Assembly: GCA_028534125.1 (NCBI GenBank)
Contig: CM052817.1
Span: 104,410,001-104,474,000 of the forward strand
Direction of reading: 5' to 3'
Length of the DNA stretch: 64,000 nt
Source: Lama glama
Lineage: Eukaryota
A program made the translations under genes and the position numbers. Shown piece by piece: positions 37,535 through 51,053 of the stretch. How positions within the stretch are numbered: position 1 is the first letter of the stretch; every line of letters begins with the position of its first letter. The notes below the pieces were generated by a model. That model was not told the origin of the DNA and made no database searches. It saw only the letters and a program-made list of their open reading frames with translations.

Positions 37535-38742
37535 GGGAAGCCGCTGTGTTAGTTAGCTTCCTACTCTTCCCAGAGTATAGCCATTAAGCGACTGTACCAC
37601 GACACAGTGACACAGCCAGATATAAACAAGGAGGGACTTCACAGAGGATCATAAGGGGCATTTCAGCTAGCTGAGTTTGGGGAAAAATGCTGTGTTTCTG
37701 GTTTTGGTTTAGGTTCTTTTTTGTTTTGTATTGTTTCGGGTTGGTTTGGTTTGGTTTGGTTTTTTTTAGCATCATGTACTTTAAGACGGACATCAGGCTA
37801 AATGCTGATGAATTGCTTCTGAGGCTCTTGTGTTGAGAGAGATGTAACCCCAGATACTGGAGAGTGGCCAGACCTGGCTTTTCTGTTGCAGAAGCTATTT
37901 AAGTCCTAACAACAACAACAACAGCAAACAACTATTCAAAATGTCACCAGATCGGTCTCTCTGACTAAGAGATTTGGAAACAAACAATGAAACCCATTTA
38001 TTGTCATCAACTGTTTTCCCCAATACCCTTTTCTTTGGGGCAGTATCTTTTGATTCATAACTCTCTGCCTATACATTTCCCTTCCATTGTTGCATGAGGC
38101 ATTCCTGGGGGTTCAAAGGAAATTAAGCTTAGAGTAGTTAAATTCCAAAAACACTCCAGGAAAGCATTCTTTCTGTGTGATGGAAGCCAATATGAGGGCG
38201 CCAGTAGCCTATTTCAGTGCAGAGAATCCATTCGTCGTAATGGAATATCCAGTCTAATGGGGCATATTGTGCTCAAAGAAAAACTCATTCTCTGGAATGT
38301 GCTGAACCTGGTACGTAATTTACCAGAAATGACGTTAAGTTCAGCATATTTTAGAAGAATGAATCACATGTGGCTTGGATCTTGTACTCTGCATTCAACT
38401 TCAATAGCACTGTTTGCTTTCCAGAACCATGATGATTTGAGAAAAGCCCAAAATACTGTCACATTGGGGGAAAATAAAAGCTGTAGTGAACTTCCTGTGC
38501 TATTTATTACGTTTCTTTCCCAAAGGTGGTATCTGTAGCAATGCTTCAGATCATAATGGGGGAGGAGAGAAAGAGGCAGTTTTGTTACAATTGTACTTGC
38601 TTGTGTAGTGGGGGCAAAATTTGCCATACCAAATTGTGTCTCTCTGGCATGCAGTTTATTTTAGACTAATTATTTTTTTTCAAATGACATTCAAGGTGAC
38701 CATGTGGACTTTTCCCCATTATTTTTCACCTTTACTATAGCT

Positions 38743-38963
38743 CAGGGTTCAGGAAACTGTTTCTATAAAGGGCCAGATAGTAAATATTTTCAACTTTGCA
38801 GGCCACATAGTATGTCACAACTACCTAAGTCAGCCAGGTGGTGTGCAAGCAGCCACAGACAATATGTCTTTGAATGAGCATGTTTATTTTCCAATAAAAT
38901 GTTATTTACAAAAACAAGCAGCAGAATGGATTTAGCCCATGAGCCATAGCTTGCTGATGCCTG
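38743..38963 (+). mobile_element. hAT-Charlie MITE MER58A
   Basis: cagggttcaggaaactgtttctataaagggccagatagtaaatatttt...gagccatagcttgctgatgcctg. Confidence 0.88.
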
Positions 38964-39979
38964 TTACAGACTATATAGAATGACAAAGTGAATGAAATCA
39001 TCATGACTAACTAGAAGACATGCAAAAGTGACTAGCCTCGTTTCATGCACTAAACTTCAAAACTTTGGATGAGGAGATATGCCTTCAAATTACTGACTCA
39101 CCAACTTCCATAATATAAATAAACTGATAAATATACTATTCTTAGGCGGTATTCTACACAATGGGTGATATATTCAATCTCTAAATTTTGGTCTCATTAA
39201 TTAACAATCAAGCCTAGTATCTAGAAACTAAGATCTATATGAACGTAAATATTTACTTAGTATTGATTTCATATATTTTGACCCAGAAAAACACATTTTC
39301 TTTAACGGAAGTTTGGAAATATTTTTATTAACTGAATGAGTTTTTTTTTTAAATGAGTCCTTAATGTAAAGGAGAAAATCCTTTAGGTTTTATTTAATGT
39401 TAAAAGAAGAACGTTATTACGTAGATCAAAACGTATCAACCAAGCTCCCAAATTTGCTTCCTTATTTGTGGAGAACATACAGTGGAAGGACATTTCTGAG
39501 AAAACAATATGTTATGTAAAATGGTTAAAAGAGTAAAAAACATGATATGGAAGAGCATATAGAAATACTGGCTTTACCTAAATGTTATAAATTTTGTAAC
39601 TAAAAAAATGTTTTGAAAAAACACAGATAGTATCACTTATAAAACACCATATAGCATGTAGTAAGAGCACATTTGAACTTGAAGAAAGCACAAAAGGAAC
39701 ATTGTGCAGCAACATTGTCATTTCCTCGCTCACATTCTCTCTTCATCAGTCCTGTCTCCATCCCAACCTACTTAGAAAAAATATGTATCATTTTCTTCCA
39801 CGTGTTTCCCCTCTGGCCATTTTCTTTCTGTTATAACAAAATGACAACAAAACATAAACTAAAAGCTAGTTTTGAAGAACCAAAAAGTTGTTCCCCCCAC
39901 CCCCTAAAAACGAAAGCGTGTCTAAAGAAATGGAAATCATTGAAATCACCGCTAAGTATTCAGAACCGGCCCTCGGGTG

Positions 39980-40407
39980 CTAGTCATGGTTCTGCAAAGA
40001 AACAAAACCAAGAAAATGGGCTCATGAGATTACAGAGGCTGAACAGTCTGCCTCATCAAGCTGGAGCCCCAGGAGACTGGTGTGATTCCAGTCCAAGTGG
40101 GAAGCTGAGAACCTGGGGGGCTGAAGGGTCAATCCCAGTCCAAGGTCAGGAGAGGACCAACATCCCAGGTCAACAGACAGGAAGCCAATAGTGGCTCATT
40201 CCTCCTTCCTCCACCTTTTAGTTCTCTGCAGGCCCTCAACCCATTGGATGGCGGCCACCCCCATCGGGGAAAGCAGGCTACTTTACTAAACCCACAGATT
40301 CAAATGCTCATCTCGCCAGGAAACACCCTCACAGAAACATCCAGAGATGATGTTAAATGTGGGTATCCCTTAGCCCAGGTGAACTCACACACACAATTAA
40401 CCATCAC
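39980..40407 (-). mobile_element. ERVL LTR MLT2
   Basis: Ends ...aaacaccctcacagaaacatccag...caattaaccatcac, the reverse complement of the MLT2 start gtgatggttaatt. Confidence 0.85.
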
Positions 40408-41893
40408 CTTATGGAGTTACAAAAAAAGGATCTGTAGCAATTTTCCCCTTTACTTGATTATTTCAAAATCAGTATCTGAGACTTAATTATTCACTTAAAC
40501 ATACTTCTTCATTCCTGTGCCCTGATACCCCCATTTTTAGCAACAAACCATCTTTTAGAAAAACAAAATATAGAAGTAAGTTATTTCAATTAATATTTCA
40601 ATTCGTGTTTAACTCACATTAAAGATATATTTTTTTCTTATTGTTCAACTAAGACTTTTCAGTTCATTGGCTAACAATGGTATTAAATAAATCTGTACAT
40701 GGTAGTCAAATAATTCTTGTGTCACTCCAGAGACAGAGGTGTTTTCAGGACGATCATTTTGACAAACTCACAGAAACATAATACCTAACTCTCCACTGGC
40801 AGATCTGGAGTTCTGGAGGAGCAAGCCAGAGGGATAAACAGTATATCCCGTGAACTTCCACGAATCACCATCCATTTACTTAAGAGCATAGGATTCAGGC
40901 CAGTTGTAACAACAGCTGTGGAAGCAATGCTATAAAGAGATCTGGCAAACCTATCTCTTTAGTCAAAATATTGGCATGCAGTCAGCTCAGCTAGAAGGCA
41001 AGGCAATGGTTTTCAAACCCAATGATAATGTCTCATCCGGAACTGAAGTGACTCTTAAGCCCACATTTAAAAGCAAACAGAGACAGCAGTACACTTTGGT
41101 GGGGAGATAAATCTAGGTGACCCAGGACTCCAGGAATGTTTAACACTGTTTGGCTCCTAAGAGGCCAGGGAGACTTTAAGCAATCCAATATTAGTAAAAG
41201 AGAGCCAGCTTTTTATTATCTTTATTTTAAAAAAAAGAAAAAAGAACAATGAGTTTGTCTATTTTTCTTTCCTGAAGGACACTAGAAACCCAAAGCCAAC
41301 TCTCAGAACTGCCCTCCAGGGAAAGGCCAAAATGAGCGCAGCTGTTAGCACTTCCGTACACTCATTATGAGGACCTACCTGTGCACCTAAGCTCAACGTC
41401 ATTGAGTAATTGATCCCAATATGAAGTCAGACTGCTAACCCTTTGTGATCTGATCTGTGATCACACCAGAAGTTTGGCCTGGATAACTCAACCACTAGGA
41501 AACAGGCGGGGTTAGCACTGAGGGATCGGGGGAGGAGAGGGAGATTCCCATAAGAGTAGGGACACAGTGTCTCCATTGGTGACCTTCATTCAGCAGCTTC
41601 TGAGCAGTTGTACACAGTGCTGATCAAGCCAAAGACGTTAGGAAGGTGGGGTAATACTTAATTCCAGCATCGATAAAACAGCTTGGTTCTTGGTCCCACA
41701 AATCTCCAACATTAGTCTGGAGAGGAAGAACTGAAGAATAAGAGGAAAGAAGAAAATAAATGGAAATGAAAGCGAGAGGGAGAGGGACCACCCTAAGAGT
41801 TGCTTTTTGGGATTCTTTGGGTTCCTAAATGTCCACTGGGTTGATATTTCTCAACAAAACTGTCACTCCAAGAGGAGGGCACCCTGTTCCTCG

Positions 41894-42378
41894 TGTATTG
41901 GAGTTAAAATTTCCCTTCCGCCCTCTTGGGATTTCCACCTGGGACTGACATAAGGCAGATTAATGAGAGAAGGATACACATTTTACGTGAATAAAATTTG
42001 AATAAATTAGAATTAAATCTTGCATGTACGTGGGAGTCCTCATAGGAACATTAAGTCCCAAAGAAGTGGCCAGGCCTTAGTGCTCATGTACCAGACTGAA
42101 CAAAGATACACAATTGTAGAACATTAACTAAAATACACGAGGAGACTCAAGGAAGATAAGAATTATTATAGCAAGGTCTGTTTGCTGAGGTGACATCTCT
42201 GGGCCTCAGCTCTCTATCTCTGGTGGTAAGAATGTTTCTTCCCTTCTGGCGCAGGGACCACATCTATCACACAGGAATTTTATCTCCTGCTTTCAGGAAG
42301 AAAAGAGGAGATCAGAATTCCTTTCTTGTACCTGCTGTGTTTCCAGCGCTTTCAGCTCAAAATAATCAGTATGCAAAT
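41894..42378 (-). mobile_element. ERV1 LTR (MER34/MER39-like)
   Basis: ggcagattaatgagagaagg ... ctttcagctcaaaataatcagtatgc. Confidence 0.7.
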
Positions 42379-43807
42379 GCAACAGCTTTGGTGCACTTCC
42401 AGGACTCCCCAGCTAGCATGTAAATATTTGCTTTCCATTGAAGTAAACTTTAAGATGTTTACTAACACCTGCAAGAGTTCAGGAACTAATATCTTCCTTG
42501 TGGTTTCTACCCCTGGTGTAATATGGGATAATCACATAGCGTAGACCCTTGAAGGAATACATCGCGGGACCTTCAGTAAAACCCAGATTTCTGATGTCAC
42601 AAGAGTTCGTTTCCTTTCAAAACCTTTTTTATTCCTGCAAGCAGCCCTCATTTCCTTATACTATTATTAGCCATAAGAACTAAATTATAAGAATTGTAAT
42701 GACTTTAGTTCTTCTCTCTTCTTCTCCCAAACAGTGATGTTACTTGATTTTTCTATGCTCTCAAACTATCATTTTATTCTTGAAAAATTGACACATTTGA
42801 TGAAGTAACAACTTAGATGTTAAGATATATTCTTTAGTGTCTTATAGAAAACACTACTTAGGAACTAACATGTAGGAATTGCAAGAATGACGTACTGTGA
42901 CAGTAAGCAAATGGGTTGTGTTTGCCAGAAGCTAAAAATGACTAGATGACTTAGGGACAACAGAGAGACCACACTTACAGGTTGACATGATAGTGAGATT
43001 ATTGTCTTAAAACCATAAAAACACAGATTAAAATAAAATAAGTATGAAAACTGAGATTGACATTGTTAAGTCTTTTTAAAGTCTTTTTGTACGTAATCTT
43101 GCCTTATTGCCCATCTGTACCCCTTTGGCATTTGAAATATAAAAGTAAAATTGTCTTTGATGTAGGTAATATGATTTTAATGAAAAAGGATAGCCTTAAG
43201 AGACAATGAGCCCAATTATTCGAAAGTTGATTCCTGAATCAAACCAGATGGCAAGGGATCCTGTAAGATCCTATATGTCACTCTCCTGCAGGGCTGTTTT
43301 TCATTGATACAAATGAAATAAATCAAGGCCTTCTTGCTCCCAGTTTAGTCCTGTCTCAACACAAAGTGTCATTCAAAAGAAATGCCATTCCAATTCTGAA
43401 AGTGCTAGTGAACTCGTTCATAAAGAAGTCCTTGGAATGGTCTGTGGATTGGAGGCAGTGGTGGATATGAAGTTGGAATCAGGGCAAAGAACACTCAGTG
43501 AGGATTCCTAAAGATCCTTTCCTGTCTCCATACCTGAGTCCTCCATCATGAAAACAGCTGCTCATCTTTGTCCCATCAACAAAACTCTTAAAAGCTGTTC
43601 TCAGCTCCTGGTCCATCACTCTGTCCTTACTCCATCTCCTTATTAGATCATATTTCTTTCCTTTTCAGACTTTTCCTTTGTAGAGAAATCTATCCCACCT
43701 CTCCTGCCCCCTGAAGTGGCATTCTCTGCCAATCCAAATAGCATGATAAAGACAAGCAGTGAAGATTTTAAACAGGGGGTTGGGGAAGGAACTAAGAATA
43801 TTTTCGG

Positions 43808-43956
43808 ATGAATACAGTGATGAATTTCAAACACATGTCCATTGTTATTTTCTGATGGCATAGTGTCAAAGTCAAACGTTTCCTAAATTTTACTTTGACA
43901 TGATGCCATTGGGAAATAATAATGGACATGTGTTTGAAATTCATCACTGTATTCAT
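43808..43956 (+). repeat. Long inverted repeat/hairpin, 65-bp arms and 19-nt loop
   Basis: Arm 43808-43872 versus the reverse complement of 43892-43956: 59/65 identical, outer 36 bp perfect. Confidence 0.97.
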
Positions 43957-44244
43957 TAGAGAAATTTGTACTGAGCACAAATGTTCATCACTATTTCTCT
44001 TCAATGATCACCCAGAGATGAAGGTTCTTTTTGGTCTCAGCACCAGCAATTATGCTTCTTCGAATGATTTCGTTTTTTGTCTTATGGTGAGTACAGTCCA
44101 TGTGATTCTTTGTATCAGGAACTAGAAAGCCTAGAAGCACATTGGGTTTGCTGCTCTGGCCACTGTGCCCAAAGGTATGTAGGTAAGTATTTCATCTTCC
44201 CAGCTCTCATTTTCTCTTTGCCCCATTTTCTTTTACATTTAAAA

Positions 44245-45360
44245 TTTTCTTAATGGTAGTTAAAATACACATATTATAAAATACATAATCTCAACCAACT
44301 TTAAATATACAAGCTTGGTAGTGTTAACGACATTCTCATTGTGCAACCAATCTCTAGAACTCTTTTCATCTTGGAAAACTGAAACTATGCACTCATTAAT
44401 CTCCTCCTTATGTTCCCCTCCTCCACATCTCCTGGCAACCACCATTCTCCTCTTTGTCTCTATGACTTTGACTACACAGAAGTATCTCATAAAGTGGAAT
44501 TGTACAGTACTTGTCTTTTGTTTATGACTGGCTTATTTCACTTAGCATAAGGTTCTCAAGGTTCATTCATGTTGCAAAGTGTGTCAGAGTTGCGTTCCTT
44601 TTAAAGACTACATAATCTTCCATCATATGTGTAACCACATTTTGCTTCTCCATTCGTCCATCAGTGGACACACATGTTGCTTCCACATTGTGGCTATTTT
44701 AGATAATGCTGCTGTGGACATGGGTGTATGAATACATCTTCAAGACCCTGCTTTCAGTTGCGTTGTGTGTATACCCAGAAGTGGAATTGTTGCATCAGAT
44801 GGTAATTCTACTTTTAGTTTCCAATTTTCCATAGCAGCTGTGCTGTTTTATATCCACACCAGCAGTGTGCAAGGGTTCCAATTCCTCCACGTCCTCGGCA
44901 ACACTTGTTATCTTCTGCTTTTTCCACAGTAGCCAACCTGATTAATGGGTGTGAAGTGCTGTCTCATTGTGGGTTGACTTACATTTCCCTAGTGATTAGT
45001 GACGTTGAACATCTTTTCATGTGCTTATTTGTGTATCTTCTTTAAAGAAATATCTGTTCAATTCTTTTGCCCATTTTTTAAATGGGCTGTTTATTTTGTT
45101 GTTGGGCTGTAGGAATTTGTTCTATATTCTGTATATTAACCCCTTATATGATATATGATTTGCAAATATCATCTCCCATTCAGTAGGCTGCCTTGTCACT
45201 CTGTTCACTGTGTGCTTTGATGACCAGAATTTTTAATTTTGATGTAGTCCAGTTTATCTGTTTTTACTTTTGTTGCCTGTCCTTTTCATTTCATATCTAG
45301 GAAATCATTACCAAAAGTGATGTCATGAATGTCTCTTCTGTGTTTTCTTCTAAGAATTTC
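44245..45360 (-). mobile_element. Old L1 3' region (L1MA/MB-like)
   Basis: ctagaactcttttcatcttggaaaactgaaact, cctggcaaccaccattct, atacccagaagtggaattg. Confidence 0.85.
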
Positions 45361-45809
45361 TTACATTTACTTTTAATCATATTTAAAATTGGATTGTCAA
45401 TGTATGTGTATTGTTTGTATTTGTCTAAGTTCTGTAAGTTACCTTAAAGTCATTCTTGAACAAAAGATATATAGAGATATAAGATAGTGTTTTTTTTAAT
45501 TATCCAACATTTTTTGACACCATTCCTTAAACCCTCTCCAAATTAATTAGCAGCCCTGTTACAAATTTAAGAAAGTCCTGCAGTTGATTTGATATTACAT
45601 ATTTGAGTCTTCATGCTTATCTGTTTATTCTGTTCCTAAAATGCTTCATGTCTGAGAAGATCCAGTTTGGGATAATAACTAAGCAAAATAGCTAAGTTAA
45701 AAAAAAATGATTTTCTACAAAACTACAAAGTAATGGCTGGAGTGAATAAAGTTTTCAAAACCATAGACACCCAGACCCCCCCTCAACAATGTATGGTATA
45801 TGTAAATAT

Positions 45810-46020
45810 AAATATTTTTTTCTTTCTCCTTTCTCTCTCTTTTCTATTATTTTAGTTCATTTTTCCTTTTTCTTTGCTTCTTTTCTGATCTCAGCTTTTT
45901 TCTTTCCAATTTCTTCTTCATTTCCAATTTTACTCTTCCTCCTTATTTTTAATTTTCTCTTTATTTCTCTTTTTCCCTCTTTCTTTCATCCTTTCCAGCT
46001 TTTAACGTCATCCCCCTCTT
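45810..46020. repeat. Low-complexity T/C-rich tract
   Basis: About 200 nt that is almost entirely pyrimidine. Confidence 0.8.
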
Positions 46021-46189
46021 TGTACTGTCTAGCCGACATTCATAATCTCTTACCTTGAACAGAGACATATTCTTTGCTTCGATGACGTCCAGTCTCTTTT
46101 CCCACCACAATCCATTTTTCACAGTATTGTCTAAGTAAACTAAATTCAGACTGTTCTAACTCAAACAAATAGAGCAATAGGCTGCATCC

Positions 46190-47520
46190 CTTTAAATTGT
46201 TCAGTTCACTGAGGTTTGACGTTAAAACCCTGCCACGACACAGAACATTTCTATCAACCCCCCAGAATCTTTAGACTCCTGTCCAACCATCCATCCCCTC
46301 TTCCACCTCTGCCCTCAGCAACAACCAGTCTGTTTTACACCGCTATAGATTGGGTGGCGTTTTATAAATGAGACTGCTCTGTATATAGTCTTGTAAGTGG
46401 CTTCTTTCCTTCAGCATAATTATTTGTAGATTCATCAGTGTTATTGCATGTATCAGTAGTTGATTCCTTCCTATTGCTGAGTAGGGTTCTAGGGCATGAA
46501 GATACCAAATCTGGTTTATCCGTTCACCTGTTCCTGGAGATGTGGACTGCTTACAGTTTGGGCCTGTTGTGAATAAAGCTGCTATAAACATTCATATGTA
46601 AGTTTAGTGTGAGTGGACATGTGACTTCCTTTCTCTTGGGTAAACACGTGGAGGTGGAATGGCTGGGTCATATGATGGGTGTGTTTAACTCCGATGAGTT
46701 TCCTCTTTACATTTCCTCCAACAGTGTAAATATTTCCAGGTGCTTTGCATCCTTGCCAGTCCTTGATCTTGTCAGTGTTTTGTTTTGTTTTTTTAACTGA
46801 GGTTTAGTTGATTTACAGTGCTGTTCTAGCCCTTCTAATGGGTGTGTAGCAGTATGTCATTGTGACACTGACGTTAATTTGCACTTCACTGATGGTTAAT
46901 GATTTGGAAGCATCTTTTCAAATATTTATTGGAAACTCACATATCTTTTTTTTTAATCAGTGGTTGCTCAAATCTTTAGCCCATTTTTATTGGGTTTTTG
47001 TCTATTTTTGAGTCTTAAGAGTCTAAGAATTCTTTGTATATTCTGGAATCAAGTTCTTTATCCAATATGTACCTTTCATTTTCTCTTTCTTTATAATACC
47101 TTTCTAAGAACAAAACTTTCAATTTACATAAAGTCTAATTTATCAGAAATTTATTTTATGATTTGTACTTTTCGTGTCTCATCTAGAAAATCATTTTCTA
47201 CATTTAGATCAGTACATTTTTCTCCTGTATTTTCTTCTCAGGGTGGCACAGTTCTAGGTTTTTTTGTTGTTGTTGTTGTTGTTGTTTTGAATGGATCATT
47301 TTAGGTAATTATCTAATATGTTGATGATTAAGGACTGAGAGTCATTTCTTCCATGTGGATACCCATTTGCTTCAGCACCAGCTGTTTGGAAGGTGTTCCT
47401 TTCTTCATTGAATTAATGTAAATCAATTGATCATATTTGTGACCCTATTCTTTCCCATTGTTGAATTTGTATGTATTTTATGGTTTGGGTGTTATTGTAA
47501 ATGGAATTGTTTAAGATTTC
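46190..47520 (-). mobile_element. Old L1 3' region (L1MB/MC-like)
   Basis: Minus ORF MFIAALFTTGPNCKQSTSP...; gaataaagctgctataaacattc. Confidence 0.8.
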
Positions 47521-49369
47521 ATTTTTCAATAGGATAATTTTTTTAAGAGTTGTCATCATCTTTATCGCCTTGTCAGAACCTTCACTGATTACACATCAAA
47601 TAATGTAGAACACAACTTAACCTGACATTGGAGACCAATCCTTGTCTGAAATCTTCCTTTGTGAGACTGGTCACCAGTATCCTGTGTTTCCAATAAAGCT
47701 AACTACTCCCTGTTCCAAGTGTGTAGTCCAGACTCACAAATAGAACTGCATATGTGTACTCTAAACTTGCATAAGGAGATCAAGGGTGGGGTGGATCAGT
47801 AAGTAACAAAGGGCCCTGATAGAGAAGAGAGACTCAAAGTTTCAGCAAATTCTGTGTGGCTTTGGAGAGTAAAACTGGAATTAGTGCTGGAAACCATGGA
47901 GAAACTGACTTCAGTGTGATACCAGGGTGTACATCCCGTTAGATGTGATCATTACAGAAATGCAAGGGACATTCTCAGGAGACAGTAAGTTCTGTTACTG
48001 GCCGAGCCAGGGCCAGATGACCCCTTGCTGAGAATGTTATAAAGGAAATAACAGTGTCATAGGGGAGTTAAATCAAGTCACCTTTGTAAAGGTCCCCCAG
48101 CACTGAGATTGCGTAAAAACATTCTGTAAACTTACTTTATTTTTTTGGCCATTAAATATCATTTCACAACCAAAGAGTCTTTCAGACAGTTTTGACCTAT
48201 TTATGTTCCCTGGAGCTAGTTTGATAGTTCATTTAATACTAAATTCTTGAACATGTTACTCACGAACTGTTGGTGAAATGAAAGGAGGCTTTTTAAGCTT
48301 CTGCAACATCACTTCCCATCTGAGGTTCTAGAATCGTCTTCATAGGATATTACTGATGGAACACTGACTGCGAGAAGGGATTTGTAAATGATTATGCAAG
48401 CTCATTCTTTGTTCCATCCATAAATTATCCATCGGGCTCTCCTTGTGGAATACATCTGAACCAGTCAGGGCAGCAGAGAGCAACCACTTAGCATCTTTCG
48501 AAACAATAATTAATTTTCGAAATGCCGAGGCCAATTGACAGCAGTGAGCACTGCCCCCAGAGCACGATCATGGCCTAGGTGCCACAGAGATGGGCTGCCT
48601 TGTATTGCCTGTAAATGGCTTCTCAGAAAACCTAATTTGAAATTACTGCCTTTAATTAGACTGCCGATATAAATAACTGTGATCAGATTAGTGCAGCTGG
48701 CCTTCTGTTTGTTTTTCCCATCCGGATGCGCTGTACAATGTAATCATCTGAAATAAACACCCATTACAAAGAATGCTTCGTTTCAAAGGACGTATTATTC
48801 TGCTCATCCGGCCAACTGCCATTTTTCCCTCCCCGACGACATCTCAATCTTGTACCTGTTAGAGGAATGAACGGACAGCCAAGCTCTCATAATGTACCAA
48901 CTGGCGAATTAAAACAATCCATTGATGCTGAGTAGGGCCATGCATTTAAGAGATTTTAATTCATTTTTATCCTCGATTTACCATGTTTTCTTTTTAAACA
49001 GACCTCACCAGCTTAAAATTTGTTGAAAGACATAACTCCTCTGTACACAACAGAGCTGTATCATTTCCTAACAGAAACCCCTGTCTTTAAAAGAAAGCAG
49101 AACAAGTGCCTTGCATTTGATGTGCTTTTTAATTCCAAAGTCCATGGAAAGGGTGCCAAGACCTAGATAAAACCTAGGCCTCGGGTCATGTGTTTTGTGA
49201 CAGGGCAGAGGCGCCTCTTTTGCAGAGAGCACGGCCCTTCCTTTTTGGTTCCCTGTGATGTGGCTGTCCACTGCGATCAGGACCTAATTTGCCAAGGTCA
49301 GCTCAACTGGGCCCAACCACGGCCAAGCTCAGCTCACCTCCATGCACCTGTTACCAAGTTCAGTTCAAC

Positions 49370-49960
49370 CCCACAACTCTTTATTAGGTGCCTGCTGTAT
49401 ACAGGACACTATGAGGATTCCCCAGACGAGCAACATGTGGCCTCTCTTCTCAATCTGGTCCAGAAGCAAAAAACAAGACTGACTGTAGAACATCGTGAGT
49501 CTGGAAATGGTGAGACAGGAACGCGGATGCTAAAATAAATGCTAGAGCAAGGTGGACACCATACGAGACGTTATAAAGGGCTTTTGGAGTTCAAAGGAAA
49601 TGGCTGGCACAAAGCTGGGAAGATTAACTGTGGGCCTTGAGGAATATTCCAAGCCTTTGCTTTTGTTTTCACTGTAGAGAAAGGCATAGAAATAAAAGTA
49701 TAGGACAGAGTTGATAATAAAAATAACCTAATTTTTGCTGAAACCTGGGAATTAAAAGGACTAACTGAAGTTAAGACTGGAAAATTAGATGGGATTCTAA
49801 ACCCAAAGGCCCGAGAATCCCCCAAGCTGGTCCCCTTGTACTTAATTTATGAGACAGTCGGGAACCACTGAAGCCTTCTGACAAGGCAAAGGAAGTGACT
49901 GGGCCTGTCCTTCGGAAGATACCTCTCTCAGCTCTGCGGAATTCAGATCAAAAATTCTGG
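49370..49960 (-). mobile_element. L2 3' fragment
   Basis: tttattaggtgcctgctgtatacaggacac ... gggaaccactgaagccttctg. Confidence 0.55.
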
Positions 49961-51053
49961 TCATCAGCCAGTGGTGGAGACGTTCGCCACACAGGTTCTC
50001 AGGAATCCCGCATGGCCCTCAGCATGCAGTGTGGGGAATCATGTGACTGTCTGAAAGTAATTACAGTCCCCTCAGTTTCCTCTTGCTGATGTGGGAAATG
50101 TTGGATTATTTTTTTAAAAAAAGACCTCAGCTTCTACCCATTCAAAACTTCATCACATTCAGCCCTTCAACGTTTCTTCTTGTTTCTCTTTAATTTTCAG
50201 AACAGACTGGGGCAGGGCTTCCATTTAGAGTTTCTGCACCCGACCTGCTGCTAAAGCACCCACCACTGCTGGTGGATCTGGTGACCGTCAAGCAGGGCTC
50301 CGACCTTCCAAGCCATCTGGGCTTTCCACCGGCATTGCCAGGCCTCTTGCCTGGGTGGTCTTTTCTGTGGTCCTCTGTTGTAAAGTCTCCTTAGCTTTGA
50401 CTCAGGTGACCCTTGCTTGCTTCCTCAGGCCAGCAGTGTCACACTCCCAGAAGTACGAGACCTCTGGGTGCTCAGCCCACAGCAGGCGGGATATGGGGGG
50501 AACCAGCTCAGGTCCATTGACCTCAGTCACTCTACCTGCCATGTAAGTGCTGTGTTAGGCATGGCCCCATCCCCCCCGAAGCTGATCTGAAAGACAAGAT
50601 GTGCAGTCTTTCTGGGAAAGGAAAGAGTGAGCTTCAGGCTGTAGGTTTTCCCCCAAGCATATCCTGGTTAATCTACCCCGTGCCCTGCCCTGCCCCCCAC
50701 CCTCTCCCCAAACGGTGTTCACCCCACAGCGGTGGGAGGGGATGGACCCTGGAATGTCATCCCCTTGTCCTCCTCTCCCTGTCCAGCTCCTCAGAAGGAA
50801 GTCGTAGTGAGCAGAGTGGGATTCCTCTTCCTGTAAACTGTACACTTCCTTTAATTCATGCCCTTCATCTCCCTACACCACTGTGGTGAAGCTATGACCA
50901 GAAGTCCAAGATCTCTTCTGTGTGGATAAGATTTGGGTATTTATAAAATATTTTCTCTCTCTCAGCAAAAATATCAAGAATATTATCACTAGGGCCTCAG
51001 GGGAAAAAAATCTAATATGAAATTGGAGATAGGGTAGTGTCTTTGAACTAAGC

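Noticed and set aside
39673..40191. 172-aa + strand ORF
   Set aside because: TTG start, runs into an MLT2 LTR, no recognisable protein
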